Assembly (NCBI GenBank): GCA_964016885.1
Contig: OZ024745.1
Span: 107,074,001 to 107,138,000 of the forward strand
From: Eledone cirrhosa
Lineage: Eukaryota
Direction: 5' to 3'
Length of the DNA: 64,000 bases
Within the stretch, counting starts at the first letter, position 1; each line of letters opens with the position of its first letter. Shown one piece after another: positions 27,825-42,525 of this stretch. The notes under the pieces are model-generated. The model searched no databases, was not told the DNA's origin, and saw nothing but the letters and a program-made list of their open reading frames with translations. The position numbers and the translations under genes were made by a program.

Positions 27825-28060
27825 TTGTTTTGCGAGGCTTTTGATATGAAATCGTGTGTCGAAACAAATAATGTTATACTTGGGGAGGGTCATATTGTTG
27901 TAATAATATTACCAGAAATAATAACAGAACACACTCACTATTTGGTTGGTTTTCGCTTCTGTATCTTTTATATCTCCACAGTTAATTCATTTGGTCCTCA
28001 ATGTTTATCATCGACTGACCAACGGTCAAAAATTCAGATATAAACACATATATATAGTCT

Positions 28061-28103
28061 AACAAAGTTCTTTCGTTGCACATCTGCAACATCATCAGTG
28101 GTA
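28061..28103 (-). ncRNA. Type I minimal hammerhead ribozyme with weak stem I
   Basis: rc: acca CTGATGA t gttgca gatg tgcaac GAAA gaa CTT tgtt; element terminus at 27872 resembles that at 21542. Confidence 0.65.
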
Positions 28104-28214
28104 CTATCATGTTCATCCTGAGACATATATAACATCAGAATTAACTAATATAATTTAAAACCATATATTTAGGGAGTATAACGACCATTATCACCTGTCT
28201 TTATTCGCTTTGGC

Positions 28215-28332
28215 AATAATTGTTTCTACTTTAGGCACAAGGCCAGCAATTACCCAGTGCATTACTGGTACTTTATTTTATCGACCCTGTAAGGATGAAA
28301 GGCAAAGTCAACCTCGGCGGGATTTGAACTCA
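28215..28332 (-). mobile_element. 5'-truncated SINE
   Basis: rc of SINE consensus. Confidence 0.85.
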
Positions 28333-28584
28333 TTGCTTTGGCAATAATGGTTTAGAAATATATACATAGATGTATATATGTAATTTTTCACTTAGTAGAA
28401 TTAATGCGTAGGAATAATTTATATCAAGGTAAGGTGATATATACCTTATTCAGTAAATATTCTTTTTATTTAAAATTAAATCATTTGATTAGATTAGTCA
28501 GTTACCTCCTCCTGTATTCAAGTACTATCTCCTAGTTCTGGAAATAATTATTAACTATATATAACCAGTGACATCTATAAAGCC

Positions 28585-28748
28585 TCTTTACAGTCTGAGT
28601 TCAAATCCCGTCGAGATTAGCTCTGCCTTTCATCCTTATGCAGTCGATAAAATAAACAACCAGCAACCAGTAATGCACTGGGGTCGATTTAATCGACTTT
28701 TTCCTCCCCTAAAATTGCTGCACTTGTGCCTCTAGTAGAAATCATTAT
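28585..28748 (+). mobile_element. 5'-truncated SINE
   Basis: B box, core and tail present. Confidence 0.8.
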
Positions 28749-29751
28749 CTATAAAACCCCTAGCTCAAACTCTATGTAAATTCCTCCTACTCTGTATTCC
28801 CGTTCTTTTAGCATATTTGTAAAGTATTCTTATAGTAAGAAATTGTATATTTCTTCAAATTATAGCGAAGTATATTTTTCAAATATTTTTTTTAAATTCA
28901 CAACTTCATCTGTAGTTCGGAAAATTGTTCTTTGCATTGATACATCGGAAGGAAGAAATAATATACTGATTTTAAACTTCTTCAACCTAATTGTTTACTA
29001 ATTATTTCTCAAATATAATCGACTGCTTCTATTATATTAATCTTGGTTTTTGATTCTATGATAAACAAATTGATTCTACGATAAAGAAATCGATATATGA
29101 TAAACAAATAAATAAATATATAATATAATAATAAGGAAAAAGAAAAACAAAAAGAAAACAGCAAATCAGTAACGAAGAAAGGTCTGAGCTGTAAAATTCA
29201 GCTGCGTCCCGCAAACAAAATTACGAGGCACTGCTGCGGAGAATGACCACCTACATCCTCTGCAAAACCCACCCTACTTTACTGGCCTCTTTCCTCAAGT
29301 AGGCTCTGTCTTTCCAATTTTACAGAGGAAAGAAGTAGGACACCCGATGTCTTGACGGCGACCAGCACGAACAGGAAGTGCTCGATCGACTGCTTAAATT
29401 TGAATATATAAAAAATATATACTCATGTTCACTGTGTGTATGTCCTGACGCTCGATACATAATAACTAATAAATAAACTTGAAATGAAATTATATACCTA
29501 TATCTCACTAGTCAAACAAAACAATACAAACATATTTCTACAATCGCATCGGACATTCCAATGTAATGTTATTTCCCATTTTAACTTCTGTTGTTCTTTT
29601 CTTTTTCTTGGCTCCTTTATCTTTCAATATGTCTTCCACTTTTTACCATTCCCCCAGCCCCTATTTCCGCCAGTCACTTTTCGTTCCTCTCTTTCTTTCG
29701 CTTACATCTTTCCTCTAACTAGTGTGTATTTTCGTTTGTAGTATTTTTAAA

Positions 29752-30343
29752 TAATAATTGTTTCTACTTTTGGCACAAGGCCAGCAATTATCCCAGTGTA
29801 TTACTGGTACTTTATTTTATCGACCCCGTAAGGATGAAAGGCAAAATTAATGTCGGCGGAATTTGAACTCAAATAATAATGGTTTCTTATATAGGCACAA
29901 GGCCAGCAATTTTGTGGGGGTGGGGGTCGATTAAATCGACCCCAGTGCATTACTGGTACTTTATTTTATCGACCCCGTAAGGATGAAAGGCAAAGTTAAC
30001 CTTGGCGGGATTTGAACTCAGATCAGAAAGGGCCGTAACTCTATGCTGCAAAGCATGGCGTCCGACACTCTACCGATACTGCCAATCCACCGCCCTTAAT
30101 AATAATGAAAAAACAGTCACACCTCATCACATGTTATAGATCTCTAAAGAACTATAGACATAATTGTTTCTACTTTTGGCACAAGGCCAGCAATTATCCA
30201 GTGCATTAATGGTACTTATTTTATCGACCCCGTAAGGATGAAAGGCAAAGTTAATCTCGGCGGGATTTGAACTCAGAATGGCAAGGGCCGTAACTCTATG
30301 CATCAAAGCATGGTGTACGACTCTCTACCAATACTGCCAATCC
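29752..30343 (-). mobile_element. Three SINE copies in tandem orientation
   Basis: rc consensus at ~29752-29872, 29874-30100 and 30161-30343. Confidence 0.9.
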
Positions 30344-30514
30344 AAGACATTATGGCACGATTTTACAACCCGCAATGTGATCTAGAAATATAAGAGTAAT
30401 TAAGAAAGAATACATGAAAATATCCATTATATTCCAAAAAATTAAATTAATAAACAGGAAAAATTATATATATAATATATTTAAAGAAATATAATCAAGT
30501 AAAAATAAAATAAA

Positions 30515-31740
30515 ATGTCTGACAATATATTTCAAAAACCCAGGAAGGAATTGAAAAAAGGTGTTTGCGGATGCATTTGTTACATCTGTCAAAAAATAGA
30601 AGCAAAGTGTTGTAGAAGCGTTGATTTCGTCTCTTATCTAGATAAACTGGTAGAAAGTGGAAATATAGTGCTTACTATTGCTTGCATCAAAATCAAAACT
30701 CTGATGAGATATATCAGATTAAGGAACCTGATTTCCATCATATATTCAGGATAAAAGGGATTAGAAATCTTAACTAACGGACCTTTTATTTATTGTTTCT
30801 ATTTGGTATATATTTTGGTTACAAGAGAGATTTCGTATGTCACTATTATTAAACTTAGATTTAACAATTGTTTTGTACATATTGTATAAATCAGGGGCGT
30901 GCAACAGGCGGCCCGCGGTCCTCAATCCGGCCCGCGAGACCAGTCAGAGTGGCCCGCGATGACCGTTTTTAATTTTTACCTTGTAGACTTATTTAGAATT
31001 TTTTTCGTAATCGTAATACAATTTTCTGTTAGTTGACCTATTCTAAAGGGCTTCACTGGTAGGGCTATGTGTGTTATAATTTCTCAGTTCCATGTTATGG
31101 AAAGAATTTGTGGTGAATCTTTGGAATAGTGCTTAATAAATATTAATGGTCCTAATAGTTGTTCCAATGTTAAAAAGTGGCCCACCAATGGAATATGTTG
31201 TACACCCCTGGTATGAATAATGTTATAGTTTTACAAATGGATACTTTAAATAGAATTCTATCCTATGTTATATATTCAATTTTACATCCTTGATTCTTAA
31301 GGTTAGAAATAGACAGAACGGGAATAGAATTTGTTCACATTGTTTGTAAAAGTAGCCATGCCATATTTTTAAAAAGGTTGAATTTGAACTTAATTTGCTA
31401 ATTAAAGTAAATTTTAAAATTCTCATTCATAGTATTTCAAGGAATAAAATACATAACTTAGCATTACTAGCTTGAAATTTTAATGAGAATAATTTGATAA
31501 GGGAAATCATATTGATATAAATAAGAGAGGGAATTGGAACCAAAAGATTATTTTAACTGACTCAATCTCTAGTAGTTTCAATAGAATATTTGAAGAACTA
31601 TTTTCAATAGGAGCAAACTGAATCCTATTGGATACAGGTTCCTTTACTCAAATGATTGCATACATATTAAAATTATAAGACTACGCTTTTGTAAAAGTTT
31701 TGAGACTAACTGAATCAAACGCCTTTGGATTTCTGTGTAA
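30515..31740 (+). pseudogene. Possible decayed ankyrin-repeat coding sequence interrupted by a MITE
   Basis: Peptides ESGNIVLTIACIK, DRTGIEFVHIVCKSSHAIFLKRL, IDINKRGNW..FEELFSIGAN*ILLDTGSFT; stops present. Confidence 0.35.
30892..31210. mobile_element. hAT-family MITE
   Basis: TIRs caggggcgtgcaaca / tgttgtacacccctg; 8-bp TSD gtataaat/gtatgaat; subterminal ggcccgcg repeats. Confidence 0.88.
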
Positions 31741-34700
31741 AATATATTTATCATTATTTTTATTAATTTCTTTTACCCAAATATCAAGACATGAATGCAA
31801 TCAAGCGATTACTGAGTGAGTTGGTATGAGGCCATGTTGATTAATTGATATAAATTTGTTTTGTGCTAAATGATTTACAATGATTTTTCTAATAATAGAT
31901 TCGAAGATTTTGCTACATGTATTTAATAAACTAATTGATCTAAAGTTTTTTTTGTTTGTTTTTGAAATCAGAAGCTAGGTTCTGTTTGTGTATAAGAAAA
32001 ACTTTGGCAATTTTCCAAACGCTGAATGTGTGAGCAGTAGAATATAAATATTAAATGAATATGATGAGTTGAACTAATTCAAATACAAATCCTTTAATGT
32101 AATTGTGGGGAATGCCGTGAAGACCGAAAGTTAATTTTCGAGGAAAACGATTTTATATAAGCAAAATATTAGTTGAAGTTCAAATGAAAGCACAATTTGT
32201 AATATCTAAATTAAGTAAGACCAATCCCATTATCTCAAGAAGAATCCGAAGAAAATTACTAATTAAATAAAACAATTATAGCAACGTTTTAAGAGTAATA
32301 TAATTATCGCCAATTAATTGAGTGATAGTATATATTGAATTTAGTCTAGAATTTACATAATGCCAAAACTTTTCAGTGTGTTTACTTTTCAATGTTTCCT
32401 TTTCAGAGTTATAAATCTTTCTACGTCTTCCTACATCTGTAACACATAAAAATCACTTATATCTGTTGTTAATTTAAAGGGGTTTAAATATATATATATA
32501 TATATTCCAGATGGGCTTTACACTGTCTTCTGTACATTTTAAGAGTATCAAATATCAATTTTTCACATAGCTAGAGAAAGGGCAGGGTTGCAAGAATTAT
32601 AGAGGTGAGGAGGAGAAAGCACTACATTTATTTGAATATGGAGTTAATCCCCCAACGGAAACCTGGCCTGAATGATGATAACAAGTCATATGGTGGTTTT
32701 AGATCAGATGACGGATTAAATTTAGTACCTATCTGATGGACTTGCTTACAGTTCATGTCTACCCAATTTGACGATGCTATCTCAAAATACACTTTCCAAA
32801 GATGGCTCACTGGAGAAACGGAGCTGGAAACACTTCTTTGAAAAGCGGAGCTCTTACATGATATATTTTTACATAGAATGAAAATATTGGATAGATTAAA
32901 ATTTATTGATTATTAATGAAGTATACTTAGAATTCAATACATAGAAGTCTTTAGTAGTTTATTTTGACTGATCCAGTAGCCTATTGCTCTATATGGTAAG
33001 TTCTTCAGAAAGAACGAAGAAGTATATATCTCTTGCTTCACAATTAAAAATTATTTGATAAGGATGTATTGATTTTCAGTTATAGGTCTTCATATTGATT
33101 TGTTTGGCGTATGGCCTGCAAACAATCGAACGTTTGTTATCGAAACACATATCTACTAAAGCATATATTCCCTGCTTTAGTCTGATCTAATCTGATATCA
33201 TTCTGTACACCCCATCATCATGTGTTTCAATCATTTAAATCCAAATCCTACCCGACAGAAAGGAGTCACGAACCATAACATAATCTTAGATAATCTGAGA
33301 TAATCATTGTGTGATTTTAACTCAAATATTCGCGGTACTAGGTCTATCTCAGGTTGTCAAAGGATAGGGGTGGTGGTGAATTTCTCCAGACACTGAAAGA
33401 TAGGCGCGTAAGACGATGCAAAAAATACATGGTACATGCACGGAAAAATGAACAGGGAGAACAGAAGAAGGTTTAACTTATCGAAGATATATTTTTATAC
33501 AAGCAATAAAATAAATTAAATATTACAATAAGGCAAAACAAAGTAGCACCTGTCGGTGATTGAAGATAAAAAGAGAGAGAAAAATAAAAGCAGAATTTAA
33601 CCGAGATAAAATAAGGATATTCATAGGACTGGGGTGAGGGATACAAAGAGAGAAAAAGGTGAAAAGGTGAAGGAGAGAGAGAGAGAGAGAGAGAGGACAA
33701 CCAGGGAAATATTGCCATAGCGAAAAAAAAAAAAATATATATATATATAGTAGTTCGAACACGGCGGCTGTGTGCACTACCGTAAATATTAAACAATCCT
33801 AGATTATGCACGAAAAAATAGAAGCACGAACAAATGCGACAGGGGACACAATAACATCATTTTCGCTCATTAGCCGCCAAAGTGGGATAGACACTGTATG
33901 ATTTCAACTCAATTAGTGACGCTATCGGAGTATAGCTCAGTCTATTAGAGGATAGAGGTGGGCATTTAAATACATGTATATAACGTCTTTCTGTTTGTGT
34001 GTGTCCTATATCCATGTTTGTCTATTAGCTGCCTGTTACAATATGAAGAAATATATTTTACATTTATTTGGATAGTTATTTCAAATTCCTCATTATTTTC
34101 AAAATTATTCGAAAATCAGTGGTTAATGTCTTTCCTGAGAAATATGGAACCGAAAGGGTTAATGACTGAAACCAGCTAACTGTATTCTTTGTTAACATGA
34201 AAGGAACAGTTAATTCCTGAAAGAAGTAGGAGCACCCTTACAGTAAACACAAAGAAGCAAACATACACACACACGTACACCAGGTCCGAATACAGAGGAG
34301 GTGAACTCCCACTGTCATTGTCTCCATCTCTCTCCCTCTCCCCATCTATCAGTATTATGATCAAATGGGGTCCCACACGCTACCTGCCCTACGGCCCCAG
34401 AGGACAGAATAGAGATTTTTGTTGTTGCTGCTTAGTTTATATCAGCCGACATCTAACAGACGTATAAAAACGATGCAACATTAAACATTTCTTTCTCCCA
34501 GATACATGCATCAGAAATTATTCATTATTCATTATTTATTTCAGTTTTCTAACATATTTGGGTATGATTGGAGGAATATTTGGTGAATACTTTGAGTAGA
34601 AATGTTGCAGGGTAATAGTTGTTGTTGTTTCGTCAGCTCTGATCCAGAGGATTAGTGATCAAATCTGTTTCAGGCTAGACCATACAAACTTTACTTTTCA

Positions 34701-34829
34701 CTTTATATAATGTGTACTGTGTTTTTATGTAAACTGTATTGGCAAGTTTTGTAGTGTATGAAATGCTAATATATTTATTATAAAGAAATGGCGTAACAAA
34801 TTGTAAATATTCTATCTATCTTTGTAGGG

Positions 34830-35000
34830 CGGGTAAAATTCCAGAGATCCATGGACGAGTTCTCTACAATGATCTCGATTTTTCATTATCGCCGCTGTCC
34901 CGCTTTTCCCAGAGACCAGTGTCTGTCCTTAGGGCATCAACACATGTCACCATCTGCCTCCCTCTTCCTGTGTGTCCGTGTAGGGGCTCCCACAGGAGAT
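34830..35000 (-). pseudogene. RTE-clade LINE 3' fragment
   Basis: rc LLWEPLHGHTGRGRQMVTCVDALRTDTG. Confidence 0.6.
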
Positions 35001-35960
35001 TGTAAACATTATAAAGAATAAATTTAGCGATTCAGGCCGTAGTTTGTCACGAGTAACAAATAACCAACGGAAACGATATTAACTTTTCTTTGTATCATAA
35101 AATCCCTGGAATATTCTATAGGTGGTTATCGCTTGAATGGAATTGAAACGCTGATGTATGTTTTCTTAGCTGGAGCAAACCAAACACATAGCCAGCCTAT
35201 CTTTCCTGCTTTGCTTGCAATTTTCCGCAAAGCAAACGTAATATAACAGATTTCATTCGTAATTTTCCTATTTATTTATCTCTGTATCTATTCATGTATT
35301 TTATTTATTTATATTTTTTTTATTTTTTCGGTTGGGGTGAAGATGAGGTTTTGGGATCCCAGGTGTGGGGATGGGAGTTAACATTTGATGGAAGATCCTA
35401 ATTAGATCTGTACGTCATATTATATGACATTGGTCAGCGTCCCTATAGCAGCACTAATACAACAATACCGAATGTCTTTCTATAATATCGATTAAGTGCT
35501 TATTTCATATTCGGACGGACGTACACCAACACCATAACTAAAACTATCACAACCACCACCACCACCACCACCATCAATATTAAGTGTGCCACAGCAACAT
35601 TCTTCGTTCCTGTATATCAGATACTATATAATGTTGGTATGCGTCTTACTGTTTGTTTGTGTGTAGTTAAATTATCTAGTATATGGTTTCAGTTATTCCT
35701 TGATATATTCATGTAACGAAACACGAGCAACTCTGTTCCTTGATAGAAAGCTGGTATGTCTTGTTTCTACAGTAAGACCGGACAGAAATCCCTTTGAGTA
35801 TTCTATTCTAGTTTCCATCAATGTTGATGTCCAAATTGAAAGTAGCTGTCGTTTTCATATGACTTAAAGGTCCCAACCTTACCTCTCATTATTTCTTCTC
35901 TCAGTGTGTTTAATGGTTAAGTGTGACAACGAAGATATGAATACACACACACACACACAT

Positions 35961-36026
<66 letters not shown>

Positions 36027-36065
36027 TGTGTGTTACACCTTTATTCTTTTAACTATATATATATA

Positions 36066-36297
36066 TAGGAAAATGTTCAAGACCCCGGCGGCAGAGCTCA
36101 AGCCGTTTCGACAGCTATTTCTGGACGCGTCCAGAGTGGGTAATAGGAAAATGTTCAAGACCCCGACGGTAGAGCTCAAGGCGTCAAAACGGCTTGAGCT
36201 CTGCCGTCGGGGTCTTGAACATTTTCCTATTAGCCACTCTACTACCCTAAGTATTGAGTACTCTGGTGCGTTATGGTCCACCTGGTTCCTTACCACA

Positions 36298-36299
<2 letters not shown>
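36066..36299 (+). mobile_element. Fold-back half-hammerhead element in (TA)n, copy 3, doubly rearranged
   Basis: Two inverted segments (36066, 36137) precede the sense arm and the common tail. Confidence 0.8.
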
Positions 36300-36355
<56 letters not shown>

Positions 36356-36427
36356 CTTAATACAAAGAAAGCTTTAAGCTACAGAGAAAGCTTTAAGCTA
36401 AACTCATGTATATATATGTATATATAT

Positions 36428-36462
<35 letters not shown>

Positions 36463-36792
36463 CAAAACAACACACCTTCATATAGACACACATAGTTAGA
36501 GATATAGATATATAGGTATACAAATATACTGAGCTAGACATATACACGTATGCACATCTTCAAAATATGAATATATATATATATATATACACATACATGT
36601 ATGCATATGTGTGTGTGTTTTGTATTTTGAAAGTTTCTATATATATAAACGTAAGTGATTATATCTGTGGGTGGAATGTTTATAACAATATACAGATGCT
36701 TGAACACAAACACACACAAACACATTCACACTCGCACACATACACACATACACACACACATATATATACATATATATATGTATATATATATA

Positions 36793-36851
<59 letters not shown>

Positions 36852-36919
36852 ATATATATGTATATATATATATGTATATATATATATACATATATATATA
36901 TATACATATATATATATAC

Positions 36920-36951
<32 letters not shown>

Positions 36952-36954
36952 GTG

Positions 36955-37078
<124 letters not shown>

Positions 37079-37116
37079 GCATATACATTTATATATATGC
37101 ATATATATATATATGC

Positions 37117-37178
<62 letters not shown>

Positions 37179-37188
37179 ATATATATGC

Positions 37189-37320
<132 letters not shown>

Positions 37321-37335
37321 GCATATATATACACG

Positions 37336-37432
<97 letters not shown>

Positions 37433-38038
37433 TCGCTCACAAAGCGACAGAAGCATATCTATTATAATTCTTGTTGGGGATCGTTTTGCAACATGACCAA
37501 TATGACGCACTATATTCATTCGTCAATCACAGAAATTCATAGTCATTGTCGTGGCCATCGTTATCACCATCATCATCATCATCATCATCATCATTATCAT
37601 CGTCGTAGTCATCGTCATAATCGTCTTCTTCGCCTCCACCGTCGTCAACATCATCATCATCATCATCATCCCCAGCCATCATTACAATCATGATTTGCAT
37701 CGTTATCATATCGTCATCGTCATCAACGACAAAGAAGTATGATGCATATGACCTTTAGCCATGATAGCTGCCACTTGAACTGCTGCCTGACCCTTCGTCA
37801 GCGACCAATCTTCCTATATAACCACCACCATGATTTCACCATCATCCTCACTATTACTAGCATTATCACTACAACAGCCACCGCCACTAACGTTCTTATT
37901 TTCGTCATAACTGCATCACCAGAACCACATATGATGATCACCACTACCATGGCAACAAATACCACTTCATTGCCCACCACCACACGACATAACATCGCTA
38001 CTACTACAACCATTATTATTATATATATAACTATCAAG

Positions 38039-38228
38039 GGCGATGGATTGGCAGTATCGGTAGAGGGTCGGACGCCATGCTTTCCAGCATAGTTACGTCC
38101 CTTTACGATCTGAGTTCAAATTACGCCGAGGTTGACTTTGCCTTTCATCCTAACGGGGTCGATAAAATAAAGCACCAGTGATGCACTGGGTAATTGCTGG
38201 CCTTGTGGCTAAAGTAGAAACAATTATA
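38039..38228 (+). mobile_element. tRNA-derived SINE
   Basis: Matches consensus. Confidence 0.9.
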
Positions 38229-38244
38229 TATATATAACTATCAT

Positions 38245-38530
38245 ACCCACCAACACCATCAACACCACCAACACCAACACCACCAACACCAACACCACCA
38301 ACACCAACACCACCAACAATAACACCACCAACATCAACACCACCAACACCAACACTACCAACCACCAACACCACCAACATCAACACCACCAACAACAACA
38401 CCACCAACATCAACACCACCAACACCAACACTACCAACCACCAACACCACCAACATCAACACCACTAATACAACACCACCAACATCAATACCACTAACAA
38501 CAACACCACCAACATCAACACCACCACACC
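38245..38530. repeat. ~15-bp minisatellite (caccaccaacaYcaa)n
   Basis: Direct observation. Confidence 0.85.
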
Positions 38531-38769
38531 AAGAATGATCAGCATCAACAGTCTCACCACTATTACCACCACCACCACCACCACCACCACTACCACCACC
38601 ACCACCACCACCATTATCATTAGCGAGTCTCATTCTCAAGAAAAGCAATATTTCTAACCTTGCCAGCTACAGTCCTATAACCTTCACTTACAATATCTCA
38701 AACGTATGGAAAACAACCATTAACAACAACATACCTCAACACCTTGAGTCCTTCCCTCTCTTTCTAATG

Positions 38770-39860
38770 AGTTCCTGTATGGCTTTCATAATGCTGGATC
38801 TATTGGAGTCCTACTACTCTAGTGGCTTCCCGCCAATATAGAAATTTGGCGAAAGCAATGTTGTTGCTCTCGAAATAAAGAAAGCGTTGAGCCATGTCTA
38901 GCTCGTGATTCTTATGTCAACATTGTCCTTCCTCTTTTTGACTAGGAACATTTCTTTTCGATCACTGTATCGCAGCTTATGTTGATAGAACGCTCTCTGA
39001 TCCATATATTATAAACACTGATGTGCTATAGTGTTCGGCTTTGCCCTACATAGCAATGACCTACTGCTTCTCTTCTCCATCGTCACTCACTCATAAGCAG
39101 ATAATATTACTCCTCTCTCATTTCTCTCTAACACCCTACACCGAAGTTTTATCCCCATCCAAACAAAACAATTCACACCAAGTTTACATCGACTTGGCGA
39201 AGGAAGACCATGAAATAATCCCCCAATAGAGTTATGCAAACTTGATAAACACAACTAGCTAAAGAAAAATAACACACAATCACTTCAAATACCCATAAAG
39301 CATTATATCAACATCACTCCCTTTAGACATGAGTAGCACACGACTAGAGAGTGTGAAATCGCCTCATAATCACTGAGCATGTTTCTGTGGTAACGGACAT
39401 CCTCAAGATTGATTTCAACTCAAAGAATGACATTTCTATTCTCATCTATAAACTATATCAGAATTTAATCCAATTTGTAAATTTCCAGTCCTCACAAAGG
39501 GCAGCGATTTTGTAATCAGTAGCTTCGTAGTGGAGGCATAATAATCTTCTATAAATGTGTCCGAACACGGGAACTATATCAGTACCCAACAACTATGAAT
39601 TTTTTACAAGGCTTAGTAGTGACCTCACCTTGATCACTAGTCTCACATCTAGAATGATGCTGCTGCTACTAGGCAATCCAGACTCAATCTTGTTCCAATT
39701 CTCGTCATACATGTTGTGCCCCACGCACCTATCTCAATAAGACCTATACCAAATCATTCCCCCGCAAAATACCTGATCCGGGAATTCCTTCTCTGTACAA
39801 GTCGTTTTTTAGTCATTGATTTACAAATTTAAGCTGAACGTTAACAGCCTCAATTTCGCA
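38770..39860 (+). pseudogene. Highly decayed CR1/L2-type LINE RT and 3' end
   Basis: FGESNVVALEIKKALSHV (cf. ALDISKAFDRV), SNDLL..HS*ADN (cf. INDL..HSYADD), terminal FKLNVN. Confidence 0.55.
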
Positions 39861-40841
39861 GTTCTCGCGGGGTTTGCGAGTTCCATAAACAGTGTCCTTT
39901 CATTTAGACTTAGAAGAATAGATAACACATTTCCATAACCACAACGACACCACCTAGGGCATTAATAATTCAAAAAAATAAGAACAAACAACACGAAATT
40001 TGTTCAAATCCATTTACAAAATCAATATTACAGGTTAGTTATATGATTCTTATGTATAAATTACTATTTTCTGTTTATCTAAAACAATTTTTAGTGGTGG
40101 TTGTGGGGTGACCATACATTTGATAATTATATATAAACAAATAAGTAAAAATCAAACGGCCAATTAGTAAATTAAGAATTAAGTTCAATTGAATGAAATG
40201 TTCTGTCATTTGGGAGGTAAAGATGAAAAAAACAAAATGCAAATATGCAATGAATGCAGTTTATACTTCAGAATAAATATATTGGAATTAATAGAGCTGA
40301 TTATGTTTGACGCTCCACGCAAACAATGGAAAGATAAAAGAATTTTTTTTTAAAATCAATACCCTAGCGAGGAAGTATTTAATAGGTTTTAATAGTTGAG
40401 ACCAAAGGTGAAGTCAACAATGAATGAAAATCTATAGTAATATCAGCATTTAACAAAACATTTTAAATATAATTTAGCAATAATTTCAACTACAATGGCG
40501 TATGCAATAACAACCTCAAGCAGCAGTACTACAGAAGTCAACATCATCATCATCAGGAACAACATTTACGGTAAAAATAGCAACGCCAATAATAACTACT
40601 TTAATAACACACTTTCTGTAACAACTACAAAAGGAAAGTGAAAATGTTATTGGTAACGAGAAAAGGTAATGGTGATAGTAAGATAACTCTAGTGCTACCA
40701 AATATCACCACCACCGACAAGAAACCAGTGGTAACAGCAGCAAGATCTACTACAGTTATGACATATATAACATAACAGCTCCAACAGGAATTCTACAGCA
40801 ACGACAATTACAATTCTCTAGAGAGTTATACAGATATCATT

Positions 40842-41030
40842 TTGGCAGTATCGGTAGAGGGTCGGACGCCATGCTTTTCAGTAAAGAGTTACTTCCCTTT
40901 ACGGACTGAATTCAAATCCCGCCGAGGTTAACTTTGCCTTTCATCCTTAAGGGGTCGATAAAATAAAGTACCAGTAATACACTGGGATAATTGCTGGCCT
41001 TGTGCCAAAAAGTAGAAACAATTAATATTA
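40842..41030 (+). mobile_element. tRNA-derived SINE
   Basis: Matches consensus. Confidence 0.9.
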
Positions 41031-41296
41031 TCATGGCCGCCGCCACCACCACCACCAACATCAACAACAACAACAGCAATAACACCAACAATGCAATTCT
41101 CCCTCCTCCTCCTCCTCCTCCTCCTCCTCCTCCTCCTCCTCATCATCATCATCATCATCGTCGCCGTCGCCGTCGTAATCATCATCATCATCATCATCAT
41201 CATTGAGCTTCATGAAATGCGCAAAATATTTAACATAGAAATATACCAACCAGAATAAAACTTTGTTTATGACATTTTATTATATTTCGTTTAACT

Positions 41297-41488
41297 GGCG
41301 ATGGATTGGCAGTATCGGTAGAGGGTCGGATGTCATGCTTTGCAGCAAAGAGTTACGGCCCTTTATGATCTCAGTTCAAATCCCGCCGAGGTGCACTTTG
41401 CCTTTCATCCTTACGGGGTCGATAAAATAAAGTACCAGTAATACACTGAGATAATTGCTGGCCTTGTGCCAAAAGTAGAAACAATTAT
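41297..41488 (+). mobile_element. tRNA-derived SINE
   Basis: Matches consensus. Confidence 0.9.
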
Positions 41489-42525
41489 ATTTCGTTTATT
41501 TACTGTTAAACATACTTTTGTTTTCTCAAAATACCTTACTAACTAAAAAATCTAAATTAATTATTTTTCTAATCAAAAAATCTTCGTTAATGTCTGTTAC
41601 AGTATTTCTAGGTATAAAGTATTCTTAAGTTTTTCTATCTAGAAAAGAACAGGTTTCAGAAAAATAAACTCATAACGTACGACGTTCTCCTTGATAAGAT
41701 GTTTCCCTATGGAATATCTCAGCTGCTTAGTTGCAAAACTATGGCCTACAACTTGTAACATACATACATTCATTTATGTATGTAAAGATAACATTATAAC
41801 CGATAATAAAATAAAAGGAAAACAAAGTAATGTCTTTACCCCCTGCTCTTTTCTTATCGAAATATTTACGACTAAGATGAAACCTAATATGAAAACTGGG
41901 GGTTTTAATGTGGGGAGGTTGTTATAACGCTGGTTGACACCCTGGCCGTAAAGATATCTTCTCAGTGGGAATGGTATCAGTTTATCAATATCTGACATTT
42001 AAAGGTGATATATTGTCGTAGCCATTGTAATTCATTCATCAGACACCTGTGTGTGAAACTTGTTCCCAACCAGCCAACGAAAAGAACGAGTTTCTATGTA
42101 GCCGTGTAGTCAACTGGTCAGTTGATTTGCTAAGAACAGTAACCAAATCTCAAGTAAATTTTATGTTATCCTGTTAAATGTTGGATAATGTGATCCTGGA
42201 TTCTTTAAAATGTAAAATGTGAAGTTTAGGATAACGTTGGACATAGATCTTCTCGATTAGATTTGAACGGAGGCCCAAGAAGAACGGCGAAAATGTGCTT
42301 CGAACCAGCTTGCGAGAGAAAAAGTATATATACACACATGTTGTTAGTTCATCACTAATGTCTATCTTTAAGTTTGTTTTTTCTTGTATTAATTTTACAA
42401 TTAATATAATGCCATGTAGTGATTTTTGGGTGGTGTCCGGAGATTTGAGCACAGAGGGTTAATTTTTTCTAAAAAAATTACCCTTGGCTTGTGCTCAAAT
42501 GCTGAAAAAGTTTTAAAAAACTTTA

